This document shows positions 39,766 through 54,117 of a stretch of DNA of 64,000 bases, one piece after another. The notes below the pieces were generated by a model. It did no database searches. It worked only from the letters and a program-made list of their open reading frames with translations, and was not told the DNA's origin. How positions within the stretch are numbered: position 1 is the first letter of the stretch; each line of letters begins with the position of its first letter. The stretch is from Parasitella parasitica NRRL 2501 (taxonomy: Eukaryota; Fungi; Mucoromycota). The stretch is from the NCBI GenBank assembly GCA_025201805.1, contig MU619237.1:519195-583194 (forward strand), in the 5' to 3' direction. Made by a program: the position numbers and the translations under genes.

Positions 39766-40781
39766 ATGTTGAAAACTAGCAAGCTATTATCATCATCACA
39801 GAGGTCATTCATCAGCAGGCAAACTATATCTGCAATTTCTAGTCAAAAGAGATATCTGGCAACTGAGCAGAAACCACCACCATTACCACAGCAATCAACA
39901 CCTGAAAAATATGGTCAATTCCGTAGTCCTCCAACGTCCTTGGGTGTCAATGATCCTCCCGTAGTTGACCACAACAATTGGCTGCAAAGAAATAAACAAA
40001 AGCTTCGAGACTTTGTTGATTACGAGAAGGCATTCGCTGCTCATGCAGCTGAACGTAGATATTTGTAAGTTTTGCGAATGTATGTTTTGAAAGCATGATT
40101 TTTAAAGGATTTTATCAGAGTTGAAGAGGCTACAAGGTCATATTTTGCTGATGTTCATGGTAATAACAGATACTGCATAAATAATATATATATATATATG
40201 TATACATATATATTTTTAATAACTAGATGACTTTAGAAATGCGTCAACATGGTGGCAAAATGTATTTCGCCAGCTCTCAACTGCTAAAGCCTGAAAAGGC
40301 AGGGTACATGCCAAATTTCGAAGCACAAGATTTATCACGCCAGAAGATCAACACCACCGAGAAGCTGCTTGGAAAGATCACACTGATGACATTTGTATAC
40401 GCCAAGTTTGGCGAGCCTCATGTCAATACATTTATACAGCCGTTTTTAGAGAAATTCAAGGACCACAAGGACATCCAAGTAGTGGAAGTCAACGTACAGG
40501 AAAACATGTTGAAGCAGTTGCTCTTAAAAGCATTTATCCCCAGCATCCGCAAAAATCTGCCTATCGAACGCAAAGACAATTACTGCTTAATCTTGAAGGA
40601 CATTAGTAGAACTAGAAAATGTCTGGACATGACAAACCAATATATCGGATATTCGTTCCTAGTAGATGAAAATTGCAAAATTCGATGGACAGCGCATGGA
40701 GAAGCAACGTCTGAAGAAGTCGGCAACATGTTGGCAATGACGGATTATTTGTACGATAAAAAACTCGCTAGTGAACAATAA
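39766..40781 (+). CDS. ATP10: Mitochondrial ATP synthase assembly factor ATP10 (3 exons)
   Basis: Mitochondrial presequence, 'GYMPNF', 'MTNQYIGYSFLVDENCKIRWTAHGEA'. Confidence 0.9.
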
Positions 40782-40801
40782 AAAAAATTTGCAGACGAGG
40801 G

Positions 40802-43545
40802 TTATTTTTTATTTAAATGATCTATTTTTTGAACAAGATCCATTATTTGGCTTTTATACATTTCTTTGACATCTTGGAGATCTGCTTTCAGTTCCTCAAC
40901 CTCTTCGGCTTTTTCACCCAACAGTTCCAACAACGTTTGGTATCGGTCATTCAATTGTTGGAGCTGCTCTTCCAGATGAGTCGTTTTCTTTGCTTGTTTT
41001 CGCAATTGCTCCATTTCCTGTGTCATGCTTAACACCTCCTCTGATAGTTCTTCCCGGGATTGCGACGAACTTAATAGCTGCGTTTGATAAAAGCTTAGTT
41101 GATTCTCTAATTGACGGATATTGGCTTGAAGCCTCTCGACTAGAATGGAAGAAACAACTGCAGGTGTTGTCGAGCTGCTGTCAAAACTCGATCTCGAGCT
41201 GATACTTGGCGTACGCACATGTTTGGTTTTATTGATGGGAATGTCTTCGTTTTCATGGTCTAATGTGGGAGTGGAGGATGCTGACGAAGCTGCTGCTTTG
41301 AGCTTAATTTCAAACTGTTTCCTTTCTTCATTCAATCTTTCTTTCATTAAACGTTGGTATTGATTCTTCAGCCCCTCCTGATCTCTGGCCTCTTTATCAC
41401 TTGACTCTTGTTTTTCCTTGACAAAGATTTGAATGCGCTCCTCCAAATCCCTCTTAACCACACTGTCAGCTTCTATCTGCGCTTCTAGAGTGTTCATTTG
41501 TGAGCGACGTTTGTCCAATTCGAATTCTGCTTGTTCGCATTTCTCATTCAATGCCTTCAAATCTTCTCGCAACTTTTCACTCTTGTCAAAAACCCGCTGA
41601 CGCTCATCCTCTGCCGCCTGCATGCGAATAATCATGCTACAATGAATCGTATCAGTTTGGTTAAATGCGCATATCTGCGTACAAACCTCTGCTCAGCCTG
41701 ATCTCTGGTTTTGATGGCCGTTGCATGTTGGCTTTGTAACTCTTCGATTTGGCGCAGTAAAGGAGCAGTTGCTTCATCCACACTGGCAGTGATATCATCC
41801 ACTCGGTTGTCAGATTGTTGCAATTTCGTCTGCATGCTGGCCAGTTCCTGCCTTAACCCATCTTCCCGGAGACCTGCTTGTTCCTCCACTGTTTGAAGAG
41901 TAATTTGGAGCTCCCTAATCTCTTTTCTCAGCTTGTTCTCCAGTGATTCAGCGCTTTCTTTCAGTTTAGTCAATTCTTTGTGCAATCTATCGTTTGCTTT
42001 GATTTCTTTTTCCAGGGCAGCAGCATTGACCTGCTCTGCTTCTAATTTTGCCTTGTTACGCTCTTCTTCCATGGTATCTTGCGTCTTTTTAAGCGATGCC
42101 TCTGTCTCTGCCAGTTTCTTTTGATTCACTAATTTTTCTGACTCGAGTTTGTTGATGTGCTTTGTTTGTTGTTCTGTCAAATCCTGCAGCAACTTGACAG
42201 AGTCCTGCAGCCGTTTTTCATTTTCTGTCTGTTTGGTTCCCTTTTGAGATGCTTGCGACAGATCTGCTGTTGCTTTTTCCAGCTTTTTGCTTAATTCGGC
42301 AAAGTTCTTGTCGGTCTCTGCCTTTTCTAGTCGCAACTTTTTGATTGTGGTCGAGTGTTTGAGCTCTACTTTTGAAAGCTTCTCTCCTTCATGTAGCAAG
42401 CCCTGGATTTTCTCATCTTTCGCAGCCATCTGTTTTTTGAGATCGTCTAGTGTCGCTTCCAGCCGCTTGACATTTTTTTGAAGAGCTGCAGGTGATCCAG
42501 CCTGAGAATTTTCCCCTTCGCTTTGCTTGATTTTAGCATCCAATTGATCTATTTTGGATTGCAGGCAATTCTCTTTTTTCTCTGCATTTTCTTGCAATTG
42601 CTGCATCTGATCATGGAGTTTCGTTATATTTTCCATTGCTTGTATTAGTTGGTTTTCTCGCTGTTCAAGGATCCGATCCTTGTCGTCTCTCTCGCTCGAT
42701 TCAAGCTTGGCTCTCGCAGATCCAGTCCTTGCATCTGTAATCGTGAGTGTCGTATCCTCGGCAGCTGGAGGCTCTGTCGCTAAATTTTGTTGAGCAATGT
42801 CTTTCACTACCGCTATTTCTGTTTTTGTAGTTTTGGTATCGTCTTTTGTGCCAATTTTTCGAGTTGATGTCTCTTCATTCTCATTCTGTAACGGATCTTC
42901 AAACGAAGCATCTTGTACCGTCTCTGAAATTGAAGCCTTATTGTCCCCTGAGTCATCAGCAGCTAATTCTGGCTGCTCTCGGTCTATGCTGTTCCTTTTC
43001 TCATCGTCTGCGTGTGTCCTGTTCTTCAATGGCTCCTCTTTCTCTTGTGGCAGTGTTTCTTTATCCTCCACTTCCGTGCCAGCATGGATTTCTAGATTTT
43101 TCTCCGTAGGATTCAGACTGTTTTGAGGAGGCTTGCCAGTACGCTTTGAATTATCTGCAATTACAGCTGCTAATCGGCTCGATAGATCTAAAGTAGAACG
43201 AGGTTCGATAGGGTTTACGGCAGGAGGCTCGGCCTGCTTCTCCACAGCAGCATTTTGTTTTCGAGGCTTTTCAATGGTAGTAACCATACCGCTGATAGGA
43301 TCAACGTAGGTCTCTGTTTCCATATCTTTTTTTCCCCCATCATAAACTGTTAATAAAAGACACACGTTTTGCGTATGGCATGAAGGCTTACCTTTAATGT
43401 TTGTGGCGGATAGTTGTTGTTGTTGTTGCTGCGTCGCCGGTTGCTCCAGTAACGAATCAAATGTAGTTTCGACATTTGAGATGGCTTGTTTGAAATAACC
43501 TCCCCACCTTGAGGTAGCGTCATTTGAGCCGAAAAACCCACTCAT
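40802..43545 (-). CDS. SGM1: TATA element modulatory factor / golgin TMF1 (SGM1)
   Basis: N-terminal WGGYFKQAISNVE, 'IQGLLHEGEKLSKVELKHSTTIKKLR', 'ATAPLLRQIE', C-terminal 'LELLGEKAEEVEELKADLQDVKEMYKSQ'. Confidence 0.9.
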
Positions 43546-43935
43546 AATCAATATGTGTTGTAGCTAGCAAGAAGTAGAAGAGAAACAGAAAGTACATAGC
43601 CCGGATGGGATTAAAAAGCTCCACACAGCCAATAGAAAGGGGCTCTTGTATGTGCATATATACCAGTATGGATAGAGTAAATCTTGCTGGGCAAAAAAGT
43701 TATGAGTGCAGTTTTGTGCCGTCTCAAATGCACAGACTCGTTGTGGCTAGGATTGCTAGATGTATCATCTAAAGCATAACTTCAAAGCGTTTTTTTTTAC
43801 ACGAATATCATTGAGATCTGACCCATTTTGCAAACAGGATGTGTTTGATTTTGGTTTACCGCTGCAAAAAGTAAGACGATAAAAGGGCAGGGGCAGTAGG
43901 CATTTGAAGCTCTTTAACCTTTTCGTATATTCCTT

Positions 43936-44964
<1,029 letters not shown>

Positions 44965-45086
44965 CCCTTTCTTTTTGACATTAATCAACATACAGTGAAC
45001 GCAGCATCAAGTTGCGGGTTTAGATAAATTAAAAGTGCAGTTTTCTGTGAAATTAAATTGCGATAAAGCGAAAAGGATTTATATGA

Positions 45087-45417
45087 TTATGAGGGTTCTT
45101 CATTTCTACACTTTTCGAATTGATTACATGAGTGTTGTGTAAAAGCTTTCGCATGTTGAATAGGAACATTGTTACATGCATCTGCAATTCTTGTCTTGAG
45201 ATCTTCATCATCAGAAAACGTGCGCCTCTTGGAAAGCCTCATCCAACTCGCTTTTCACCCATTCTTGTTCAGATGGCTGAGCCTCTTGGTATTTCCGCAA
45301 TGTTGTTAAAGTTTTTAAATGAAAAGGAACAATTTCTTCAACCCATTTCATAGCATCTTTGCCTTGTTCGTCATAAACTTTTCCTTGTCCTTTTTCGTAG
45401 AAAAAGTATGCACTCAT
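45087..45417 (-). pseudogene. Internally deleted Tc1/IS630-like transposase (N- and C-termini only)
   Basis: N-terminus MSAYFFYEKGQGKVYDEQGKDAMKW.. is joined out of frame to C-terminus DEDLKTRIADACNNVPIQHAKAFTQHSCNQFEKCRNEEPS*. Confidence 0.7.
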
Positions 45418-47084
45418 ATTAGCTTTGGAATAGTGATAGAAAGATTAATTTTGCAGTTTATCTCTTTTTGTAAGCATCTATCCTACTAGTAAAGTAGCAC
45501 GTTTAATATAACCCAAAGGATCCTGCGTAGTTAGGATTTTGCATACTTGAGTAATGTAAGGTGTCAAGCATCTCTTATCGAATGGGTTTCCTCTACCATA
45601 CAAACAACTTCAACAGGCCAAAAAACCATTTTTCTTTTGGAGAACTAAATTATTATGATAGCAGAATGCAGTTTTTATGTATTTATATGCGGCTAGTACC
45701 AGATATTAATGTTAGAACAAATATATATTGTGGTGGAGGCAGAGTGAAGATAATCATATTGCTAACTGAAACAAAGCGTCCACCAGTAGTACATATTGAA
45801 ATCAGTCAAGACCAGCGAAACAAGGAATTATCACGAAAGTACAATGGACAAGCAAGGCAGATAAGGCATACGCTACTCATGATGGTTTATACACACGGAA
45901 ACCAATATGCATAGTAACTCTAAGGCCCAATCACTTTCACTTAGGGCGCCAGGAGACTGAAATACGCGTGGCTACTACAAGTATCTTTCGAATACCATAC
46001 ATCTGAATTGAAAGTAGAAGGAGTTTGTTTATAAGGCGGAATTAAATAAAATCATTTGCAGTGGTAGAAATTTTTTTCGAAAACTTCGTCTGGTACAGTA
46101 TGCATTACTGAAAAAGTGATCTAATATATTTGTAACAACTTATTTTTTATTTTCAAAGATCTATGCCAATGCCACCTACCAATCTATATCAGAACTGCTT
46201 TCTCCTAAGATATATCTGCACTTTTAACATGGAACACTCAGGGCTGGAAGGTAGGAAACAAACTAAATAAATAATCAATAGTTTTTTGAGATTTTTATAG
46301 ATCTGTCTCAAAGAATATATAAAATTACAATGTTTTAATATACGAAATAGATATACAATTAAAACTGGATATATTTATTCGTATATAAAATAAGATGATT
46401 CTTCTATACACGACATTTGCCTAGACTATTTATACTTTTCAAGTACTGACATCGGTTACATGATTGTGGAATCGAGGCTTAATAAGCTTGCACCAGACAG
46501 AACCAATTACCAGCCATGTGATGCTAGTACAAGTAATCGTAAACCAGTTAATACCAGAAGGAGACAGGAAGGATAGTGGTCTTGAGAAAGAGTATAATAG
46601 CCTTGTGGTATAAAGGGTTTCTAATAAGTGTAATCACGGTATAATCCTTTGCATAATTGCGAGAGTACCCAAGCTGGATCTCAGGCACAACACCAACCCA
46701 GCAACCCACATCGCTCAGTCTTTACGTCCTGAACACACAACAGAAATTCACGGTTTTTCACTTTCATGTTAAATTACAAGGAATTAATACCTGGTTGGTC
46801 AATGGACCTATATGCCGATTCCATAAATGGTCTACACAGTGCATGGTTTAATAGATACAGTGATGCATACGTGGTGGTTAAGAAAACAAAAAAAGGGTGA
46901 ATAATGAAAATTCAATAGGAATAAGCATTTATATTCATTAAATCAATTGATTTGTGTTGATTTAGGCCAACAAAATCGAAACGATTCAATAATGTTATTT
47001 GGAGTGAAATTTACTCAAGCTTTATACGCAGGGTAAGCCCTTTGCTTCTTTCTTTCTTTCTTTTTTATATTAACTTCTTAATAG

Positions 47085-47982
47085 AAAAAAAGCAATCAAC
47101 GTATATCATGAAGAAGCCATAGACACACTGACTACGGCTGCTACTCCTGCTGCTGCCTGTGTTCGCCAATTGATTACTCCAAGCAATAATAATGTCTCGA
47201 ACAGCCCTATTCTTCCTGATGGCGATGAAAATGAATCTACACAAGGCGACAACGGTGTTTATTGTGACGCTAACGAGGACAACCATACGGCTACACCCAT
47301 ATCGGTCCGCCCAGTTCGCAGTCCGCCTTCGATGTCAATTTCTGATGAAGCATCATTCTCAAATGAACTATTGACATCAACACCACTGTCTTTAACATTG
47401 CACGTACCGGGTCCAAATCGATTTTACGTTGATCATATTGATATCTCAGAGAGATTCTATAACATGCAACAATATGTCTTTAACTTTGTGGAAGCCAATA
47501 ACTTAACCTTGGAATCTGATGTCTATCTCATTATATCGTTATCTTCAATTCTCTTATTACAAAATAACAATCGACTCCACAAAGACATGATCCCGGTTTT
47601 TGGCGATAAAATATACCAAAAAGTTCGCGAAAGCATCCTTGACTCCCTAAATATGAAGTACAAATTTCCCGGAGAAACTTTGCTTGGAATCATTGAAACT
47701 GCACAAAGCGTATACAATAAAACCAATAATCGAATCAATGCAGCAGCTTCATTACTCGGCCTAGCAAATACCGCGGATAATCCTTTAGATAAAATAAAAC
47801 TTATTGTATCCGCATCTCAGCTTCTCCAATTTCTGCCTATGGATCCAACATATTCAGACATATGTGAAACAAAGCTCATTACAAGATATATTTTACATGC
47901 GATGCAACCTTTATTTGACAATCATGAGCGCATCTTGTATATTTATTTCCCGCACTTTAATTTATCTAAACCCGCAACTTGA
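47085..47982 (+). pseudogene. Cargo ORF fragment (Mucorales-type hypothetical family) truncated by the TIR
   Basis: About 300 open codons (SLSSILLL, ETKLITRYILHAMQPLFD) reading into the TIR; apparent upstream intron at 47033-47084. Confidence 0.55.
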
Positions 47983-48870
47983 TGCTGCGTACGCTATAGA
48001 TTAAACTTTTTAGCCATATCTGCCAAAAATCCATCAAAGTTTGCCCTTTTCTTTGAAAAATTCAAGAATGACTTTACTTTTACTAAAATATAAAATACAA
48101 TATCTTGTAGATTTGTTATCTCTATAAAACTGTGCAAAATGTAAAAATAATCTACCGTAAAAGTGTTGCTATAAAATTGTTTCACTGAAAAAACTTCTTT
48201 TCCCTTAAAGTCAATATTTTTCAAGCAATTTTTCTAAATTAACGGTTCTGATCAATTTTTCCAGTTTATATCTTAATTTTTTTCTTACATTGTTAAAGGC
48301 TTCAAGGGCGTTTTTGCGGTGAAAAAGCGTATAATCCTTATTTTCGATTTTGGATGAGGGTGTACAAGGGGTTTTGAGCAGTTCAAAAAGAAATATTAAA
48401 TTCGCTGAGTTTTAAGACTTCATGCGCTTGAGAAATGTAAAATGCTATGGCAATGGTATCAAATCCGTGGCATACTCTCTTGAATACCTTCTTTTGTACA
48501 TATTAGCACTACATAAAATAGTCAGAGGATAACAAGGAATGCTCTTCATTTAAGCAAAGCAGAAAGAAATATAATTGACAGAAGAGGCTTTGATTATCAA
48601 ATAGCAATTCAGTATATATGGTAATCAGAGTGAAAAAAATCTGGAGTTACCTGATTTAACAAGTATGAATGGCAGCAACTGTCTTTGTTTGAATGGTTTG
48701 TGATACATTTGTGGTCTCCGGTCATATTGAACGTTCGTGACAGTGATCCCGGCTCGAAGAGATGCATGTGCTGTAATGTCGGAAAGACAAGCACAGGCTG
48801 AGATGCGAATATCATGTCAATGGCACTGGCAAAACCCATAACAACCTTCTTCTAAAAATATCTAGCAATA

Positions 48871-49543
48871 ATGGGTAAGATCAAGTATCATAAACAATAT
48901 CAAGATGTGTAAAGAGTGATGGATTTTGACGTACTGGATGGATGTTGCAGCGAGAAAGAATCAACTAGTTTTAGATAGATGGATTGAAAAATATTTTTTC
49001 TCGATCAAGACAATCGCACCAGGCAGATTAAGACACCACTTCTTTATACAAGCTTGACATGTTGTGTTGGAACGCTCTTTTGACTATGATTTACTAACAC
49101 GCATTATAGGTAAGGGACAACCTAGAGGTTTGAACGCTGCTCGTAAGCTCCGTATTCATCGTCGTGACCAACGTTGGGCCGATAAGGCCTACAAGAAGAG
49201 AGCTCTTGGTACCGCTTTCCGTTCTTCTCCTTTCGGTGGCTCCTCTCACGCCAAGGGTATCGTCCTTGAAAAGATTGGTGTCGAAGCCAAGCAACCTAAC
49301 TCTGCCATTCGTAAGTGTGTTCGTGTTCAACTCATCAAGAACGGTAAGAGAGTCACTGCTTTCGTCCCCAATGATGGTTGTTTGAACTATGTTGATGAAA
49401 ACGACGAAGTTTTGATTGCTGGTTTCGGTCGTAAGGGCCGTGCTATTGGTGATATTCCTGGTGTCCGTTTCAAGGTTGTCAAGGTCGCAGGTGTCGCTCT
49501 CATTGCCTTGTACAAGGAAAAGAAGGAGAAGCCTAGATCTTAA
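48871..49543 (+). CDS. RPS23: 40S ribosomal protein S23 (uS12); intron 48875-49109
   Basis: ATG G|GT AAG; [39 protein letters not shown]. Confidence 0.98.
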
Positions 49544-50342
49544 ATCATCCGTACTATGTTTATTCTTTGTTTTTTTTTTCTAGTTGATGAAAGACGAAAT
49601 AATAAAAATTCACAACAACTTGACAGATTTCTTATACACATATGTCATGTAAACGCATGGATTTTGGAGCAGCTATAGACCAAGATGGAAGAGCGTATAG
49701 GAGAAATTGTTTATGACAGATATTTTTTCTTTTTTTACGTAAAACATTAATGCCATGATGCCGCAATTAGACAAGTGAGCTACACGCCATCTCTGGTTTG
49801 TAACTCCAGCTCTAAGGCAGCTCTATAGCATTGCCATTTCATCCAGACACTCAAAGTCAGGTCAATATTAATTGCAGGCGTACTGAAATGTCGAATTTCT
49901 TTCAATTTGAAGCAATTTCGAGTGTCGATTATTGTGCATCAACGCCAGGAATATTATTGAGTTGTTGTCAATAGACACAAGTTTTGTCCGCATGTCGGAT
50001 TGACAGAGATGTTGCACACGCATTGCAACATCTGAAAAGAAAACTAAACACTGTCAACCGTACAATTTCTGCTTTAAATTTTCGAATATACAAATATAAT
50101 TCTATGCTTATTAGTAACAATCTTTTAGCAAAGCTTGAGCAGGACACTGTTCTAGTTGCATGTACTTCATTGCTTGATTGAGTTTTTTTTATTCATTTCG
50201 GGATGTTCGCTGTAGAGCGTCCCATGCATAGTGGCTGATGAACCAAGCCCAATCCCTAAGCTGATTGTTAAGCTCTTTGGAGATTGAAGCAATTAGGGAT
50301 GTTACAAATCTCTATTCTCTCAATGAGACGCTTTCAAATTTG

Positions 50343-50459
50343 TTCTAGTACATTCGGATGTTAAAAGAAAAAGACATTATTTCATGGGCTTTTACGTCAT
50401 ATCATTGGCCATACGATGTAGAACACACTGGAAATTTAGGCCATTTGCATATATAAAAA
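50343..50459 (+). promoter_or_regulatory. Candidate heat-shock elements and TATA box of the DnaJ gene
   Basis: TTCtaGTAcaTTC (50343-50355), GAA-7nt-GAA (50421-50433), TATATAAAA (50450-50458). Confidence 0.45.
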
Positions 50460-50552
50460 TCCCATGTTTGTTTCTGATTTCACTTTCTTTTCATCTTTTT
50501 TTTTTTCTTCTTCCTTTCCTTCTCGCTTTGCAAACACAAATATTCAGCTACA

Positions 50553-51774
50553 ATGGGTAAAGATTATTATACTATTCTCGGCATTTCCAAAGATGCAGAT
50601 GATGATACGATCAAAAAAGCCTATCGTAAATTAGGTATGTCAAATGAAGCAGTTTATGCGTTTGTATAGACCAAATACTAACATCTTGACAGCCCTAAAA
50701 TGGCATCCTGATAGAAACAAGGATAAGTCTGATGTCGCTCATGCAAAATTTCAAGAAATTGGTGAAGCGTATGAAGTGTTGAGCGATAAAAACAAGCGTG
50801 CCATCTTTGATCAATATGGCGAAGAAGGCCTTAAAGGACGTGGTCCAGCTCCAGATGAAGGCGGTGCACCTGGAGGCTTTCCTGCAGGTGCTGGCGGCTT
50901 CCCTGGAGGTGGAGGAACCTTCCATTTCTCATCGAGCGGTCCTGGAGGTGCTGGTGGCGGCTTTCATCCTTCCGATGCTGACGATATCTTTAAACACTTC
51001 TTTGCTTCCTTTGGCGGAGGAGGTATGGGAGGTATGGGAGGTATGGGCGGTATGGGCGGCATGGGCGGCATGGGCGGCACGGGATCCAGGGGAGCCAGAG
51101 GAGGCATGGGCGGCATGGGCAGTATGGGTAGCGATGGTGGTATGCCCGGCGGTTTCTCATTTAGCAGTGGCGGCGGCATGCCTGGTGGTGGTGGTCGTGG
51201 TTTCGGACAAGCTCAACAATACGAAGATGAAAAACCTCCTGCCATCAAACGTCCTCTCCCTATCTCTCTTGAAGACCTGTACAAAGGTGCTGTCAAACGT
51301 CTAAAGGTTACTCGTAAAATTCGCGACGGGGCTACTGGTCATCCTACCTCCACAGACAAAATTTTGACTATCAATGTGAAGCCTGGCTGGAAAGCGGGCA
51401 CGAAAATTAGATTTCCTGGCGAAGGCGATGAGCTCGAGAATGGCCAAACCCAAGATATTGAGTTTGTAGTCGAAGAAAAGCCCCATAATGTATTCAAACG
51501 TGAGGGCGATAATCTTCGTATGACCATCTCACTCACTTTGGTCGAAGCTTTAACTGGGTTCCAAAAAACCATAAAAACTCTAGACGATCGTACCTTGAGC
51601 GTCAATAATACCAAATCCGTTATTCATTCTGGACAAGAGTCGCGTGTTCGCAATGAAGGTATGCCTAATTCCAAGACTGGCGGAAAAGGCGACTTGATCA
51701 TTACCTACGATGTAAAGTTCCCTACTTCCTTGACAGAAACTCAAAAGGAAGCTGTCAAGAAAGCTCTTTCTTAG
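50553..51774 (+). CDS. SIS1: Type II Hsp40/DnaJ co-chaperone
   Basis: MGKDYY, J-domain HPD motif, G/F and GGM repeats, C-terminal '[10 protein letters not shown]', no zinc finger. Confidence 0.93.
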
Positions 51775-52311
51775 ATCCGATCTTTCGCACACGGACACAC
51801 CCTCTCACACATTTACGCTCATACACACTCACATTTTCATAATATACGTACGCATCATTTATATATATTCATATATAATCACTAATGTTAGATATCTCTC
51901 CTTTGACTTGTCTTTTTTTTCCCCTTCATTCATATTCAATGTATATGTATATAATAAAGATAATGTATTTTTTCTTGCACACATTTGATGTAGCTAAATA
52001 GCTTTTTACAATATAGCATGATGTCTAAGAATCGTTTGTGTCCAGGGAGGACCTGGAAATCTTGATCCTTTCCAGAACATTGAAAATGCACTCGGGGCTC
52101 TAGTTCGGTATCTGTAAATTCCTTTACTTATCACAGTGCTGCTTATAAACAGAGGAGATCAGTAATGTTGAAGCGTTAAAGCCAGACTAGAGAGAGTTCA
52201 AAGCTTTTGTTGGAACCCAGCCTCATGGTTTTGTATGCAGGCTATTCCCACCTTTTCTCTCCCTCTCTCTCTCCCTCTCTCTCTCCCTCTCTCAAGGAAC
52301 GACAGCAACCT

Positions 52312-54117
52312 ATGGACAAGTTACCAAGAGAGCTGCATTTATACATTTTATCGCATCTCAACTTTAAAGACAAGCTGCAATGCAATTTGGTTTCGCAGCA
52401 GTGGCATAATCGGCTGAAACACAACATATTATACAACGCACTTTTATTCAGAAACCCTGACCATCTAGGGCAAGCAATCCAGTTTTTCAGCAGCAAGATG
52501 TTTAAGCTCTCGGTGCACCGTGTTGATATGTCCCTGTGCGAGCTGCCAATATCGTCGTTTATAAAACTACCGCTTGTTTTCCCTCGTCTTAGACACCTCC
52601 AAATTGCAGATTTTGATCCTAAATTCAAGTCTGCTCGACGTTCTCTGGAGGAGGAAGCAGCCATCATGGACTCGTTTGAAAAAGGAGTGCAGAAATTCGA
52701 GTATCTTGAAGAAATCGTCGAAAAATCTGGTAATTATCCCGTCATCATGTCATTTCTCAAAGCTCCCAGGCCTGTCTACCTGACATCCATCAATATCACA
52801 TACAACAAAAGGCACGGATCCATTGGAAAGTATCGCGACAACTTGCGATCTCTGGTTGAACTCGCCAAAAATGCACCGTTCCTCGAGCATTTTAGTGCTC
52901 GCTTCACTTTTATGAGTCTATTGGATTTTGAGCAGCTGCATTTGCACTGTCCCAAGCTGCGTGCTATCTCGATAACCACTCAGATATGTGATATCAGTGC
53001 AGACTTGGGCAAGTGGTTCGAAAGTGCTGCTGATTTTGAGCACTTTGCACCCTACTACAGAGCCAATATCGAAGGCGTGTCTGTAGTGAAGCCAGCGCAG
53101 CATCTCAAGTATTTGAAAATCAAACTAGCAAAGTCGTTTACGGCAATCAGGGAAACCGAGATAACAGCTATCACAATCAATAACTGGCTTCGGTATATAG
53201 GACACAAGTACCCAAGCCTGTTAAGCCTTGAGTTTCATAAAATCAGTAATGGACTTGAAGGCATGCAAATGCCAGAAAAGCTGTTTAAGGAGAGTATGTG
53301 TTGCGCACTATCCAAACTCGTACATCTGGAGAGCCTCAGTTCCAACATTGTCCCATTTACAACTGACGTTGTCAAGTCAATGTCCAACACTACCGGTAAA
53401 CTGAATAACTGTACTCTTCACAGCTACAAATACTACACGGTTCAGAAGCAGCTGGATCGTCTGCAGCTTATGAATAGGAGCGATCAGTTAAAATCAATGC
53501 AGATAATCAGCAACAAAAACAGTTCATTGCACATGCCAATAGAATTTGACGCGCTCAATGGGTTTTGTAATCTGACATATCTGACAGTAACATCACACAT
53601 CGATCATTGCCAAATACAAGTTTCTCTTTTATTGAGCCATGCATCCAATTTGGAGTTTTTAGCATTATCTGGAGTATGTCCTACGTTTGATGCCGAGCTA
53701 ACTGGCCGTCAGCAAACGGCAACGAAGCTGAAAACTCTTCAAATACGAAAGTTTGGCTTTTTCATGTCGCTAGCTTGGCACAGCTTGAACCTGGCATTGA
53801 AGAACGACATTCTGCCCTATTGCCCAATGCTTACAAGGTTTGATTTCAGTACAATTCGTGCAGAATATTGCAATACAATATGGTCAGATACACCGTTTCT
53901 TCTGGCCCTAGATTTTCGAAACAACCTTCATCTGAAAAAAGTCAATATTAATTTGCTGGCTAGTAAAGCATACCGGATCAATGGGCGGCAGCAGGAAATC
54001 AATCGCTGCCCGTTTGCAGTGTTACCGCTCTTTCCAGAAGACACCCATGAATATCCTGCTTGTACTCTGATTGATCTACCTCACCCGGTTCTTCTAAATA
54101 AAGACGTTATTGAGTAG
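52312..54117 (+). CDS. Intronless F-box protein with degenerate LRRs
   Basis: MDKLPRELHLYILSHLNFKDKLQCNLVSQQWH F-box; repeated PxLxxL motifs. Confidence 0.85.
   Translation: MDKLPRELHLYILSHLNFKDKLQCNLVSQQWHNRLKHNILYNALLFRNPDHLGQAIQFFSSKMFKLSVHRVDMSLCELPISSFIKLPLVFPRLRHLQIADFDPKFKSARRSLEEEAAIMDSFEKGVQKFEYLEEIVEKSGNYPVIMSFLKAPRPVYLTSINITYNKRHGSIGKYRDNLRSLVELAKNAPFLEHFSARFTFMSLLDFEQLHLHCPKLRAISITTQICDISADLGKWFESAADFEHFAPYYRANIEGVSVVKPAQHLKYLKIKLAKSFTAIRETEITAITINNWLRYIGHKYPSLLSLEFHKISNGLEGMQMPEKLFKESMCCALSKLVHLESLSSNIVPFTTDVVKSMSNTTGKLNNCTLHSYKYYTVQKQLDRLQLMNRSDQLKSMQIISNKNSSLHMPIEFDALNGFCNLTYLTVTSHIDHCQIQVSLLLSHASNLEFLALSGVCPTFDAELTGRQQTATKLKTLQIRKFGFFMSLAWHSLNLALKNDILPYCPMLTRFDFSTIRAEYCNTIWSDTPFLLALDFRNNLHLKKVNINLLASKAYRINGRQQEINRCPFAVLPLFPEDTHEYPACTLIDLPHPVLLNKDVIE

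Larger units (their letters stand above)
44993..47996 (-). mobile_element. Non-autonomous Tc1/mariner-type DNA transposon, 3.0 kb, with about 45-bp TIRs and TA target site duplication
   Basis: TIR cagtgaacgcagcatcaagttgcgggtttagataaattaaaagtgc (44993-45038) is inverted at 47952-47996; TA at 44991-44992 and 47997-47998. Confidence 0.9.

Noticed and set aside
48790-48845. CTGAGA as a TPP riboswitch core
   Set aside because: Remaining TPP consensus is absent and the neighbouring gene is unrelated to thiamine
48875-49109. Longer RPS23 intron as a snoRNA host
   Set aside because: No complete C/D box pair and no clear H/ACA structure seen
50252-50310. Hairpin atccctaa...ttagggat followed by ACA (possible H/ACA RNA)
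   Set aside because: Single short stem with no H box or second hairpin; could be chance
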